Source: Halobacteriovoraceae bacterium (GTDB taxonomy: Bacteria; Bdellovibrionota; Bacteriovoracia; Bacteriovoracales; Bacteriovoracaceae). From it: 64,000 bases of DNA. Positions 9,392-20,692 of the stretch are shown piece after piece; position 1 is the first letter of the stretch; every line of letters begins with the position of its first letter. The position numbers and the translations under genes are program-made. The stretch is from contig CAVRCF010000005.1 in NCBI GenBank assembly GCA_963719505.1, positions 1,184,001 through 1,248,000 on the forward strand, in the 5' to 3' direction. Below the pieces are notes generated by a model. That model saw only the letters and a list, made by a program, of their open reading frames with translations, did not search any database and was not told the origin of the DNA.

Positions 9392-11119
9392 TTATTCGAA
9401 ATATCCAAAGTCCACCGACACAGATCCGCCGGGCATAAGATCGATGTCAATACCAACTGGAGTTGACTTAACATCAGTGTTCATTTGATCAACAGTCTTG
9501 AGAAAAGCGTAGTTTTGGCTCGACCCGACAGAAGCTTTTTTTCTATAGGATGTCGGATTGTAAAAACTCACTCGCCTAATCTCCTCATAATTTAATTCAT
9601 AAGTATTGGAGCCTCTATGCTTCCACACGTACATTAAACCGTCTTCGATATCGAGTTTACAGGTTCTTAGTTTTAAAAACTTTATCATCGTTTGCCAAAA
9701 TGTGACTCTCTTCATGAGAGAAGTTTCTTCTAGCTTTGCACTATCATAGACGACAATTAATCCATCCCCCAAAGAGGCCTTTAGAAGTGGTGATGTAAAA
9801 TTTATTCTCTCCGTCTCGATACTATTTTCGGTAATAAAAAGATTCAATTTTTTTGATAATTCCTCTGTCATCCGGAAGCTATCTAAAAAAACTTTTCCTC
9901 CATTAAGAAAAAGTTTTAAAATCTGATTAAAATCAGTAACGGCCAGATTCTCTCCAAAAAAGAAATGAACTTTTTCGGAATCTTCATAGTCCTGTGGATA
10001 ATGAAATGACTTATTATAAATTCGATACATCCACTGATATTCTCTATCAAAGAAATATTTTAATGATGTTGACTCTATAAGGTTTGTAGATTGTGGGCAG
10101 TAGACTTTAAAAAGGACTTGTGGCTGATAACCGGTATGCAAATCTTCTTCATAGAGATCGTTGTTCAGATGGGTCTTGATAAGGCTTTGTGAAACAATAT
10201 CTTTCAGAGCTTTCTTTAAAACATTCGTCTTCATATTTTTAGAAAGCAAAACAGAGGAAGGAATAATGTCATTAACGAGGATTTCAAGAAGTGGTTTTAT
10301 AAACTGCGCTTCAGATTCCCATCTTTCAAATGATCGAGAGAAAATGTCATCAGGAGATCCACCAAGACAAGAAAACTGAAGCTCACCTGACCAATTTGCC
10401 GTAATTGTCTCTTTTGCAGCATCTAGATACAAGCTCTTCACCAAAAGAGAATAATCTTCCTTTAAAGTCTGCTCATACTCTTTATGCGCCTTCAATTTTT
10501 CTATTTTTTCAGGTTCACTTTGCTCAATCTGTCCTAGGTATCGATGAAAGCCTTTATCAAAAGTTAAAGAATAGTCTCTAAAATAAGACTCAAATTGGTT
10601 ATCTTTAAGGTAACCAAAGTCGGCTCCAAAAACTTCTTTATTGAATCCATTTTGGGAAAGAAATTGTCCTAAATTCCAAGTGAACTTTCTAAAACTTTGA
10701 AAGATTCGTGGATCATAAAAGGAGAACAGCTTGTTTAGCCTCTTCTCATTGTCCACCACTGTCAGGATTCTTCCATCTTCTCCACACATAAGAGAGCGAG
10801 AAAGATGGCTTGGTAGACCCCCATTTGTCAAAAATGGACAAGGAGTAATAGGAAGAACCAAGATGATTTCTTTTCCATAGCGCTGTGCCAGTGTGAAAAG
10901 TCTTTTCAGATCCGTCTCTGGTCTATTTGTACCAAAGTCGAACTGATCTGGATTTTCACAGTGAAGACCCCAGTAGATTGGGACAAAGATAGGAGAAAGG
11001 TAATTATATTCTTGAAACTTAGTTTCCCAAAGAGCCGGTGAAGTCTTCCAATAGAAAAACCAATTTTCCCCTGGGAAAACTGAATCGTACTCTTTTAATT
11101 CAGGCGTTGTCAGCTGCAA
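9392..11119 (-). CDS. GH35/GH42 beta-galactosidase-like protein, apparently degenerate
   Basis: VPIYWGLH..PDQFDF...DLKRLFTLAQRYG..IIL...NGGLPSHL matches the GH35 N-terminal pattern; catalytic ENE motif not seen. Confidence 0.6.
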   Translation of the reverse strand: MQLTTPELKEYDSVFPGENWFFYWKTSPALWETKFQEYNYLSPIFVPIYWGLHCENPDQFDFGTNRPETDLKRLFTLAQRYGKEIILVLPITPCPFLTNGGLPSHLSRSLMCGEDGRILTVVDNEKRLNKLFSFYDPRIFQSFRKFTWNLGQFLSQNGFNKEVFGADFGYLKDNQFESYFRDYSLTFDKGFHRYLGQIEQSEPEKIEKLKAHKEYEQTLKEDYSLLVKSLYLDAAKETITANWSGELQFSCLGGSPDDIFSRSFERWESEAQFIKPLLEILVNDIIPSSVLLSKNMKTNVLKKALKDIVSQSLIKTHLNNDLYEEDLHTGYQPQVLFKVYCPQSTNLIESTSLKYFFDREYQWMYRIYNKSFHYPQDYEDSEKVHFFFGENLAVTDFNQILKLFLNGGKVFLDSFRMTEELSKKLNLFITENSIETERINFTSPLLKASLGDGLIVVYDSAKLEETSLMKRVTFWQTMIKFLKLRTCKLDIEDGLMYVWKHRGSNTYELNYEEIRRVSFYNPTSYRKKASVGSSQNYAFLKTVDQMNTDVKSTPVGIDIDLMPGGSVSVDFGYFE

Positions 11120-11185
11120 ATAAACTCTCCATGTCCTTGAACTTAAATTTTAAGGATAAAGAATTAATATGTACAGCTAAACACT

Positions 11186-11536
11186 CTATTTTCGTTTTAT
11201 GACTTCTTTTATAACTTCAAATTGGAAGGGATCCTCACCCATATCAATGGTATTGGAGACTATCTTGATTTTAAGTCGACTTTCACCGTCACAATAGGTT
11301 TTGTAAGAGGTTCTGCTTGATAGAGTAGAGAATTTAACCTTGGCACTTTCTGAGCAACTGACACCATACTTTGCCTCCACATCACTTACAAAGTCAGTCA
11401 CAATTTGGGACGATCTATAATCTGATTGCGCTCTTTGAGAGTAGCGCGCCAATTCTTCAAGGCCTATTGGATTAAAGACCTGGCATAGTGAACTAACTGA
11501 ATAAATGAGGACACCCACTGTAATTAAGCTTTTCAT
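11186..11536 (-). CDS. Small secreted hypothetical protein
   Basis: AAGGA SD, MKSLITVGVLIYSVSSLC signal-like N-terminus, two further Cys. Confidence 0.7.
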   Translation of the reverse strand: MKSLITVGVLIYSVSSLCQVFNPIGLEELARYSQRAQSDYRSSQIVTDFVSDVEAKYGVSCSESAKVKFSTLSSRTSYKTYCDGESRLKIKIVSNTIDMGEDPFQFEVIKEVIKRK

Positions 11537-11679
11537 ATAAAATCCTTGTTTTGTTGTGCACTGCAGCATACATCAATATCGTGAGCTCTTTGGACAAAAG
11601 CACGATGCTTGAAAAATTTATACAAATATCGTATCTCTTCTCTTATAATGGCATTCAAACATTTAAAAGGACTCTAACT

Positions 11680-12819
11680 ATGTGGTATTTCTCAGAAGAA
11701 GATAAACAATTACAAAAAGTATGTCGCGATTTTGCTCAAAAAGAGATCGCCCCTTTTGCTGAAAAACACGACACAGACGAAACCTTTAATATAGAAGCAT
11801 TCAAAAAGATGGGAGAACTTGGGCTCCTTGGTATAACAGCTGATCCTGAATACGGTGGCGCGGGCCTTGGAGCAACGTCAGCGACAATCGTCATGGAAGA
11901 GTTTGGAAAAGCATGTCCTGCTCTTACTCTGTCCTATCTTGCTCACTCTATGCTTTGTGTAAACAATATCAATAGTAACTGCTCCGCTGAGCAAAAAGCA
12001 AAATACCTTCCAAAGCTCATCACCGGTGAGCATATTGGAGCGATGGGTATGAGTGAGCCTGGGTATGGTTCAGATGCAGTTGGTATGAAGTGTAAAGCTA
12101 CCAAGAAAGATAATTCTTATTCAATTACTGGAAATAAAATGTGGATAACAAATGCTCAATACGCAGATGTTGTTTACCTTTATACTCGTACTGGTCAGAA
12201 CAAAAAAGATTTAACCAGTTTTATTGTAGAAAAAGGAACTCCCGGATTTGAAGTCTCGAAAGAAATTCATAAAATGGGTATGAGAGGAAGTCCTACAGGT
12301 GGATTAACTTTTGAAAATGCAATTGTTCCTGAAGAAAATCGTGTTGGTGCAGAGGGAGACTCAGTCAGTCACATGATGAGAAATTTGGAAATTGAAAGAC
12401 TTACTATTGCCGGAATCTCTCTGGGTGTTGCTCAGGCATGCGTTGATCAATGTATAAAGTATGCAAATGAGAGAGAGCAATTTGGAAAGACATTAGGTAA
12501 CTTTCAACTTATTCAAAAGATGATCGCTGAAATGGCCAGTGAAACAGAAATGATGAGATCCTTTTTATACGACTCTTGTAAATTATGGGATGAAGGTAAG
12601 GTTTCTAATACTCGAGCTTCAATGGTTAAATTACAACTTCCAAAGATGGCCACAAAGATTGCACTCGATGCTATCCAACTTCACGGCGGATATGGTTACT
12701 CAAGAGAGTTTCCAGTTGAAAGATTAATGAGAGACAATAAACTTAATGAAATTGGTGCGGGAACAAACGAAGTAATGATCATGATCATTGCGAAGAATTT
12801 ATTGAGAGAAGCTAAGTAA
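11680..12819 (+). CDS. Acyl-CoA dehydrogenase (isovaleryl-CoA dehydrogenase-like)
   Basis: MSEPGYGSD, GNKMWITNA, KMGMRGS, IQLHGGYGYSREFPVERLMRD, EIGAGTNE; likely start ATG 11680 after AAGGA. Confidence 0.9.
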   Translation: MWYFSEEDKQLQKVCRDFAQKEIAPFAEKHDTDETFNIEAFKKMGELGLLGITADPEYGGAGLGATSATIVMEEFGKACPALTLSYLAHSMLCVNNINSNCSAEQKAKYLPKLITGEHIGAMGMSEPGYGSDAVGMKCKATKKDNSYSITGNKMWITNAQYADVVYLYTRTGQNKKDLTSFIVEKGTPGFEVSKEIHKMGMRGSPTGGLTFENAIVPEENRVGAEGDSVSHMMRNLEIERLTIAGISLGVAQACVDQCIKYANEREQFGKTLGNFQLIQKMIAEMASETEMMRSFLYDSCKLWDEGKVSNTRASMVKLQLPKMATKIALDAIQLHGGYGYSREFPVERLMRDNKLNEIGAGTNEVMIMIIAKNLLREAK

Positions 12820-12845
12820 ATCAGAGGTAAAAACGAACGTCATCT

Positions 12846-13668
12846 CTAATTTAGATTTTTATAAATCCAATTTTCAATATTATTAACCATCCATACTGGT
12901 GCATCTATAGGAATACCATGCCCAGAAGTCTGATGGAGAGCAAGATCAGTATTAAAGAACTCAGCGACATCCTTTATACACTCGGCAGAGGTTAACTTAT
13001 CTCCATATGATCCCAAGCTCAAAATGGGAAGATTAGGTTTTATAAGGCTTGGCTGATAGGTCAACCCGGCGATTGTCTGCTTGAGTATATTTGCAGTCGT
13101 CATTGGCCTCTTACGCTGAACCTCTATCCAATCTTTGAGATTCCTGTCAAAGTTTTCTTCATCATTAGAATTGATGCTTAAGATTCTTCTCTCTTTTTTT
13201 TCTAAACTCAAAGAGAGACCTATACCTATCGTTTTTGGGTAAGATGAAAGTTGAATTCTCTCATTAGCCTTGCATACTTTCTTAACTCCAGATGAGGACA
13301 AAACGAGACCATCAAAATCATTCTCGTACTTGGCAACCCACTCCATCATCATCATGCCTGCAAGAGAAGTTGCTATCACTATTTTTTGGTTATTCGCTGC
13401 CTGTATTTTCTGTTTGTAATGAGATCTTGTTTGCTCCATTAATTCATTCATATCACTTGAAGCTTTATCTTTATAGAATATACCTGAACCTGGAAGATCC
13501 ATATAAGTTACTGTCGATCCTGGAAACTTTGACTTTAGTTCCGTTTTCAAAGCTACTTCCCCAATGACCAGACTCTCTCGTTAATCCTCGAATAAGAAAA
13601 AAATCATAAGGAACGCAAAATGCACTTAGAGAATGCAGACAAAGTATGAGAGCTATTGTTTTTAACAT
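12846..13668 (-). pseudogene. Secreted alpha/beta hydrolase split by one frameshift near 13550 (pseudogene or sequencing error)
   Basis: N-part (signal peptide, LIRGLTRESGHW) in frame of 13471..13668 continues as DLPGSG, ATSLAGM, GHGIPID in frame of 12846..13550. Confidence 0.75.
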
Positions 13669-13758
13669 CTTGATAATGTCCTAAAACTGGATATTGTCCC
13701 AAGATTGATGTTGTTAAAAGACTTAAGAAATATCTGTTAATAATAATTACCTTTATTA

Positions 13759-13774
13759 AGCAAGTGAAATGCCA
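13759..13774 (-). promoter_or_regulatory. Putative sigma54 -24/-12 promoter
   Basis: Minus strand TGGCATTTCACTTGCT fits TGGCA-N6-TTGCW; about 90 bp upstream of the hydrolase start. Confidence 0.6.
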
Positions 13775-13825
13775 ACTTTCACTTCACTTTGATTACGTAA
13801 TATCAATAGGCTATATCCTTTCGAA

Positions 13826-13842
13826 GCTCAAAATTTTTGACA
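13826..13842. promoter_or_regulatory. Imperfect palindrome, putative enhancer-binding-protein site
   Basis: Minus strand TGTCAAAAATTTTGAGC; similar to the 51919-51935 box and likewise upstream of a sigma54 motif. Confidence 0.45.
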
Positions 13843-14050
13843 ATTAGCCAAAAAAAATACGATTTTGAACAGCCATTGGTCAATTATTTATAAGGATGAT
13901 TAAAGAGAAAAGTCTAAGACGACATAATTCTGCTCAGGAAGAACTGATGGAAAGTATAGCTAGCAAGCGAGAGATTCAGTTGATTGGTTTCAGATTAGAA
14001 ATGGAATTTTTGTGAAAGATATTCTTACAGCTAGCGCTTCAAAATAACGA

Positions 14051-14094
14051 TACACATCTGGTCCGCCAAGGGGGCAAAGCAGACCAGAGGTGTA
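14051..14094 (-). terminator. Long GC-rich stem-loop after the 14100..14363 ORF (terminator or small-RNA element)
   Basis: Minus strand TACACCTCTGGTCTGCT-TTGCCCCCTT-GGCGGACCAGATGTGTA: 17-bp stem with one mismatch and two G-U pairs. Confidence 0.55.
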
Positions 14095-14099
14095 TATGT

Positions 14100-14363
14100 C
14101 TATTGGAGAATATCTGGAAAGACATCCGCCAAAGTTTTACGAGGGATCTCATCATCTGAACTTAGCTTATGAGCTATCGGTATAAAATGGTCAGTGTACT
14201 CTTGTTCATCAAATACTCGATCATCTTCTTCAAATTCATCAAAATAGACATAATCGTCTTCAAAAAAATCCTCTAGGGATAGTCCTTCTTTTCCGATACT
14301 AAGATCGTTTTGTGTTGAATTTCTTTCTGTAATACCTTCGTGGTTTTTGTACATAAATGGCAT
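14100..14363 (-). CDS. Small acidic hypothetical protein
   Basis: AAGGAG SD before ATG; Asp/Glu-rich 87 aa. Confidence 0.65.
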   Translation of the reverse strand: MPFMYKNHEGITERNSTQNDLSIGKEGLSLEDFFEDDYVYFDEFEEDDRVFDEQEYTDHFIPIAHKLSSDDEIPRKTLADVFPDILQ

Positions 14364-14463
14364 AAAAGACTCCTTGAAAAAAGCTTTATAATGTATGTGA
14401 GATAGAAACTCATTTTCTATCTAGTAATAGGTTATTCTAGTTTTTGACGGGGGTGTTTTAGGG

Positions 14464-14485
14464 TTGTTTACGGATTTGTAAACAA
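14464..14485. promoter_or_regulatory. Inverted repeat, possible operator
   Basis: TTGTTTAC-GGATTT-GTAAACAA, upstream of the small acidic gene. Confidence 0.35.
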
Positions 14486-14609
14486 TAGTACACGATGGTT
14501 TTAATGAGCATCTAAGAGTCCGAATTTATTGTCTTTTTAAGCTATAGAAAATAAAGAAAAGTAAGTATTTGAGATAAAATTTGGGGCGTTTTTTAGGTTC
14601 TTTAGTGGG

Positions 14610-14640
14610 AAAAAGACTCCCCCTTTGAAAGGGAGAGCCT
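14610..14640 (-). terminator. Rho-independent terminator of fadBA
   Basis: Minus strand AGGCTCTCCCTTTCAAAGGGGGAGTC followed by TTTTT. Confidence 0.75.
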
Positions 14641-14653
14641 AGAGTTTATTTTT

Positions 14654-15829
<1,176 letters not shown>

Positions 15830-15862
15830 TTATTTTAGTTTCAAAAAATGGTTTCTATCGTT

Positions 15863-18007
15863 TTAGTGGTTGTAATAACCTTCACCTGAATTTGCCTTAG
15901 CCGCAAATCCCTCAGTTGGTTCATACATTTTTCCAAGTTCCTTATATTTACTTGTTTTATCCACGATGTTCTTTAAACCAACAGTATCAGCATACTTGAG
16001 GGCTCCCGTTCTAAAAGGAGGAAAACCTAAACCGAGAAGAAGTCCCATATCAACTTCTGTCGCTGTATTGACGATATTTTCTTCCAGACATCTTGCACAT
16101 TCAAAAATCATCGGAAACATCATTCTCTCGACAATCTCTTCATCAGTGACTTCGACCTTTCTTTTGACGACTTTATCGACAATGGCTTGAGTTCCAGCAT
16201 CGACCACTTTCTTCAGTTTTCCTTTTCTATCGAGTTCATATTTATAGAAGCCGATTTTATTTTTTTGACCAAGTCTTTTTTCTTTGTGCATAACCTCAAC
16301 AATCGTGTCGCGATCAAGCTTCATTCTATCTGGAAATGCATCACCAATAATTGCAGCCGCGTGATCACCAGTATCAATTCCGACAACATCCATTAAATAC
16401 GCCGGTCCCATAGGCCATCCAAATTTTTCCATAACCTTATCAATTCTTTGATAATCAACTCCATCTTCGATGAGAAGATTAAATCCATTAAAGTATGGAA
16501 AGAGAACTCTATTGACTAGAAATCCTGCACAGTCATTAACCACAATGGGTGTCTTTCCCATCTGAATGGCATACTGAACAGTTTTTGCAATTGTTTCTTC
16601 GCTTGTTTTCTCGCCTCGAATAATTTCAACCAAAGGCATTCTGTGAACAGGATTAAAGAAGTGCATCCCACAAAAATTCTCTGGTCTTTTAAGATCTTTT
16701 GCAAGTTCTGTTATTGAGATCGTCGAAGTATTTGAAGCTATGACCGCATCCTCTCTCACTTTTGATTCGAGATCTTCTAGGACTGATTTTTTAATTTTTA
16801 TATTTTCAACGACAGCTTCAACAATAGTGTCAACAGATTGAAAATCTCCATAGCTTAGAGTTGGAGTGATCTGACTAATTGTTTTGGCCATTTGTTCAGG
16901 ACCAATTTTTCCAATCTTAATTAATTTTCCTAAAAGCTTAGTCGCCTCACCCATCCCTAACTCAAGAGCGGGATCATTGATATCTTTCATGATGATAGGC
17001 GTTCCCTTACTGGCCGATTGGTAAGCAATTCCGCCCCCCATAATACCAGCTCCAAGGACAGCAGCCTTTTTCGTTTTCGCAACATCTTTTGTTAGCTTCT
17101 TACTTACCTTTTTAAGAAATTGATCTCCTAAAAAAACACTCACAAGACTTTCAGCTTGCGGGGTATGGGCAAGTGTTGCAAAGGCTTCTGCTTCAATATC
17201 AATCGCTGCGTCTCTTTCAAGAGTGCAAGCTTGTTGCATAACTTCGATGGCCTTAACTGGTGCCGGATAATTTTTTCCGGCCATCCCTAAAACAAAACCT
17301 TTCGCTGTTTCAAATGTCATTGCCGCTTCAGTTTTATTTAAACGAAGAGGTTTCAGTTTTACCTCTTTTTTCTTTTTCCAATCTAGCTCACCATCCATCG
17401 CTCTTTTTAGAGTCAAGAGAGCTGCTCTTTCTAGGTCAGAGGCAGCAACCACACCGTCAACGATTCCTACTTTTAAAGCATCTTCAACTTTGTACTGCTT
17501 ACCACTTGTGATCCATTCAATAGCATGATCAGCTCCTGCTATACGAGGAAGCCTTACACTTCCACCCCAACCTGGCATGATTCCTAGCTTTGTTTCAGGA
17601 AGTCCAATTTTTGCTCCAGCACTTGCGATTCTATAATCAGCCGTCAGACACATTTCAAGTCCTCCACCAAGAGCAAATCCATTAATCGCAACGACAGATG
17701 GAATAGATAAATCTTCAAATCCATTCATTGTCTTATTCATCTGAAGAATCCATCCTTTGATGTCTTCGTGATTTCTTTTAAAGTGGGTCATAAACTCTGT
17801 AATATCTGCACCAAAAATAAAGTGCTCTTTTGAACTTTTCATCAAAAGGCCTTTCGCTTTCGAACCTTGAATAGCCTCAAGAGCTTTTGGCAGTTCTTCC
17901 ATCATAAGATTACCTATGACATTGGCTCCGCTGTCTTTAATATTAAAATTCATGTGGGCAACATCATCTTTCAATTCAATTTGAATTGCCTTTCCATCAA
18001 ATAGCAT
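15863..18007 (-). CDS. fadB: Fatty acid oxidation complex alpha subunit FadB (enoyl-CoA hydratase / 3-hydroxyacyl-CoA dehydrogenase)
   Basis: FIFGADITEF, ALGGGLE, GLPETKLG, GAGIMGGGIA, SNTSTI, GMHFFNPVH. Confidence 0.95.
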   Translation of the reverse strand: MLFDGKAIQIELKDDVAHMNFNIKDSGANVIGNLMMEELPKALEAIQGSKAKGLLMKSSKEHFIFGADITEFMTHFKRNHEDIKGWILQMNKTMNGFEDLSIPSVVAINGFALGGGLEMCLTADYRIASAGAKIGLPETKLGIMPGWGGSVRLPRIAGADHAIEWITSGKQYKVEDALKVGIVDGVVAASDLERAALLTLKRAMDGELDWKKKKEVKLKPLRLNKTEAAMTFETAKGFVLGMAGKNYPAPVKAIEVMQQACTLERDAAIDIEAEAFATLAHTPQAESLVSVFLGDQFLKKVSKKLTKDVAKTKKAAVLGAGIMGGGIAYQSASKGTPIIMKDINDPALELGMGEATKLLGKLIKIGKIGPEQMAKTISQITPTLSYGDFQSVDTIVEAVVENIKIKKSVLEDLESKVREDAVIASNTSTISITELAKDLKRPENFCGMHFFNPVHRMPLVEIIRGEKTSEETIAKTVQYAIQMGKTPIVVNDCAGFLVNRVLFPYFNGFNLLIEDGVDYQRIDKVMEKFGWPMGPAYLMDVVGIDTGDHAAAIIGDAFPDRMKLDRDTIVEVMHKEKRLGQKNKIGFYKYELDRKGKLKKVVDAGTQAIVDKVVKRKVEVTDEEIVERMMFPMIFECARCLEENIVNTATEVDMGLLLGLGFPPFRTGALKYADTVGLKNIVDKTSKYKELGKMYEPTEGFAAKANSGEGYYNH

Positions 18008-18189
18008 TACTTCTCCTTAAGCTTGAAATATTATCCCCCGTATTATCACGTCAAACTGATTTTTAATCAATGCGCAGGCGCTTATGTCTAAAGTATTCCC
18101 GTTAACACACTGCTCTTGGATACCCTTATCTCACTTTTTTTGATATAAATTCGCAAAATTAAATGTCAATTTAGAGCACGGAGTCAAAA

Positions 18190-19323
18190 ATGAACGAACT
18201 ACAAATGGAACTGAGAAACTCAGTTAAAAAATTCTGTATCGATCAGATTGAGCCTCATATGGAACACGATGATGCCAATGAAAACTTTCGTATGGATATT
18301 TTCCAAGGCTTGGGAGAAATGGGCCTTGCTGGAATTACAATAAAAGAAGAAAACGGTGGAGCTGGTCTTGGATGTATGGATATGTGTGTGGTTCTTGAAG
18401 AAATAGCAAAATACTCAGTTGCCTACTCCGTAACTGTTTCAGTTTCAACAATGGTTCAGTCCATTATAGAAAAATTTGGAAATGAGGATCAAAAGAAAAA
18501 GTATCTCCCGAGCCTCACAGCAGGTAAAGAGATTGGAGCTTTTTGTTTATCTGAGTCTCACTCCGGAAGTGACGCTGCCTCATTAAAAACAACAGCAAAG
18601 AAAACTGACGGTGGATATATATTAAATGGAACAAAAATGTGGATCACCTCTGGTGGAGTCGCAAGCACCTATATTGTCATGGCCCGAACTGGTGGAGAAG
18701 GCGCAAAAGGTATTTCAGCTTTCATCGTTGAAGATGGAACTGAGGGGCTTAGTTTTGGAAAGAAAGAAAAAAAGATGGGATGGCGTGCTAGTCCTACTCG
18801 AGAAGTAATCTTTGAAAACTGCTTTATCCCTGATAAAAATCTTCTTCAAACAGAGGGAATGGGTTTTAAAATTGCAGCGAGTGCGCTTGATAAGGGAAGA
18901 GTCACTATTGGTGCGGTCGGAGTTGGTCTCGCAATGAGAGCGCTTGATGAAGCCGTTAAATACTCTTTGGAAAGAAAACAATTCAATCAAGCCATTTTTG
19001 ATTTCCAAGGACTGTCTTGGATGATTTCAGATATGGCCACTGACGTCGAAGCTGCGAAACTTCTCGTTTACGAAGCGGCAAGACAAATTGATGCTGGAAT
19101 GGATTGTGGAAAGATTGCCTCAATGGCAAAGATGAGGGCCACAGATACTGCTATGAAAGTCACAACTGATGCTGTCCAAGTTCACGGAGGTGTTGGTTAT
19201 ACTTCAGAGTATCCTGTTGAAAGATATATGCGAGATGCAAAAGTTCTTCAAATTGTTGAAGGAACAAATCAAGTTCAAAAAATAGTTATCGCTAGAAAAA
19301 TAAAAAAGGAATATCAAAAATGA
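18190..19323 (+). CDS. Acyl-CoA dehydrogenase (short/branched-chain type)
   Basis: FCLSESHSGSDA, NGTKMWITSG, VQVHGGVGYTSEYPVERYMRDAK, IVEGTNQVQ. Confidence 0.92.
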   Translation: MNELQMELRNSVKKFCIDQIEPHMEHDDANENFRMDIFQGLGEMGLAGITIKEENGGAGLGCMDMCVVLEEIAKYSVAYSVTVSVSTMVQSIIEKFGNEDQKKKYLPSLTAGKEIGAFCLSESHSGSDAASLKTTAKKTDGGYILNGTKMWITSGGVASTYIVMARTGGEGAKGISAFIVEDGTEGLSFGKKEKKMGWRASPTREVIFENCFIPDKNLLQTEGMGFKIAASALDKGRVTIGAVGVGLAMRALDEAVKYSLERKQFNQAIFDFQGLSWMISDMATDVEAAKLLVYEAARQIDAGMDCGKIASMAKMRATDTAMKVTTDAVQVHGGVGYTSEYPVERYMRDAKVLQIVEGTNQVQKIVIARKIKKEYQK

Positions 19324-20597
19324 TTTTTAACTTTCAGACAAATGCTGATTATTCTCATCACTCTTTTTCGAAAGACTACCTTAAAACAATGAGTGATAAG
19401 TTCCTAGGAACAATTAATAGAGATGATATCGGTTTCTTTCACTTAACTGAAAATAAAGCCCACCTTGAAACGACAAAAGTTATTTTTGAAAAATACAAAG
19501 GTAGAAAACACTTTGTCCAAATTGGAATTGGTGGATCAGCCCTTGGTCCTCAGATGCTCATCGATGCGCTGGGAAAAAAATCAAACGATAGGACTTTCAC
19601 ATTTCTCGACAATACAGACTCAGAATATATTAAAGATGAACTCAGTGCTATTAACCCTAAAGAATCGCTTTTTTATGTCGTCTCTAAATCGGGTGGTACG
19701 GCTGAGACCATGGCTTGCTTTGCCATTTGCCGTAAAGCTCTTCTTGACCAAGGTGTTGAAGAGAAAGACTTCAATAAGTACTTTGTTTTTTCAACTGATC
19801 CTGTAAAAAGTGACCTGAGAGATCTTGCAAACGAAAAGAATTATGACACTCTTGAGATCCCATCCAATATAGGTGGCCGATTTTCTGTCCTAACCAGTGT
19901 TGGTCTTCTTCCTGCTCTTTTTGCAGGAATTGATATCGATCAGCTCTTTGCTGGTGCACAAGAGATGAAAAAGATAATTCTTGAAAAAGAAGGAATGGAG
20001 AATCCACTTTATAAAGCTGGTGCGGAACTTGCTTTTGCTTTTATTGAAAGTGATCCCAAAGTAAATCAAACTATTCTTATGCCTTATTCGTCCAAACTCA
20101 AAAGCCTAAGTCATTGGTTTGTTCAGCTATGGGGAGAAAGCCTTGGAAAATATTCTGATGATAAGAAGAAAAATACAGGACTTACACCTATTCCAGCTTA
20201 CGGAGCGACAGATCAACACTCTCAAATGCAGCTCTTTATGGAAGGAACAAATGATAAGTTTCTCTTTCTTTTAGAGGTTGAAAATAAGTCTTGCGACTTT
20301 GAGTTGCAAAATTCTATAGGAAAAAGCTCAAGTGATGGTCTCAATGGCTACACTTTAAACCAACTCATTGAAGCTCAGTTGCACGGAACAATTAAAGCAC
20401 TAAGAGATAGAGATAGAAGCGTTGGCCATATAAAGATTGATAAGAATAACGCTCAAAACCTAGGTGCTCTTATCATTTATTTTGAAAGCCTGACCGCTTT
20501 GATGGGACACTATCTTTTTGTAGACCCTTTTAATCAGCCAGGTGTTGAACTTGGTAAAAAGTACGCCTATGAGTTTTTAGCAAAGAAAGGTAAATAG
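19320..20597 (+). CDS. pgi: Glucose-6-phosphate isomerase
   Basis: GIGGSALG, VSKSGGTAET, IGGRFSVL, QLWGESLGK, TDQHSQMQ, DPFNQPGVELGK. Confidence 0.95.
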   Translation: MIFNFQTNADYSHHSFSKDYLKTMSDKFLGTINRDDIGFFHLTENKAHLETTKVIFEKYKGRKHFVQIGIGGSALGPQMLIDALGKKSNDRTFTFLDNTDSEYIKDELSAINPKESLFYVVSKSGGTAETMACFAICRKALLDQGVEEKDFNKYFVFSTDPVKSDLRDLANEKNYDTLEIPSNIGGRFSVLTSVGLLPALFAGIDIDQLFAGAQEMKKIILEKEGMENPLYKAGAELAFAFIESDPKVNQTILMPYSSKLKSLSHWFVQLWGESLGKYSDDKKKNTGLTPIPAYGATDQHSQMQLFMEGTNDKFLFLLEVENKSCDFELQNSIGKSSSDGLNGYTLNQLIEAQLHGTIKALRDRDRSVGHIKIDKNNAQNLGALIIYFESLTALMGHYLFVDPFNQPGVELGKKYAYEFLAKKGK

Positions 20598-20692
20598 TAG
20601 TTTAAAAGGATGGGAAAAAGGTAATCTGTTGAAAAACATGGTTTTTCCTATAGAATAAAGCATAAATCTAAGGACAAATTGGAGAGAAATTA

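Noticed and set aside
11551-11679. N-terminal extension of the acyl-CoA dehydrogenase in the ORF track
   Set aside because: Family homology and an SD support ATG 11680. Similar over-extensions were trimmed for hbd, fghA, sodC and the TGase-like gene
13896-14015. 39-aa plus-strand ORF MIKEKSLRR...EMEFL
   Set aside because: SD-like AAGG directly abuts the ATG and there is no recognisable motif; cannot be supported
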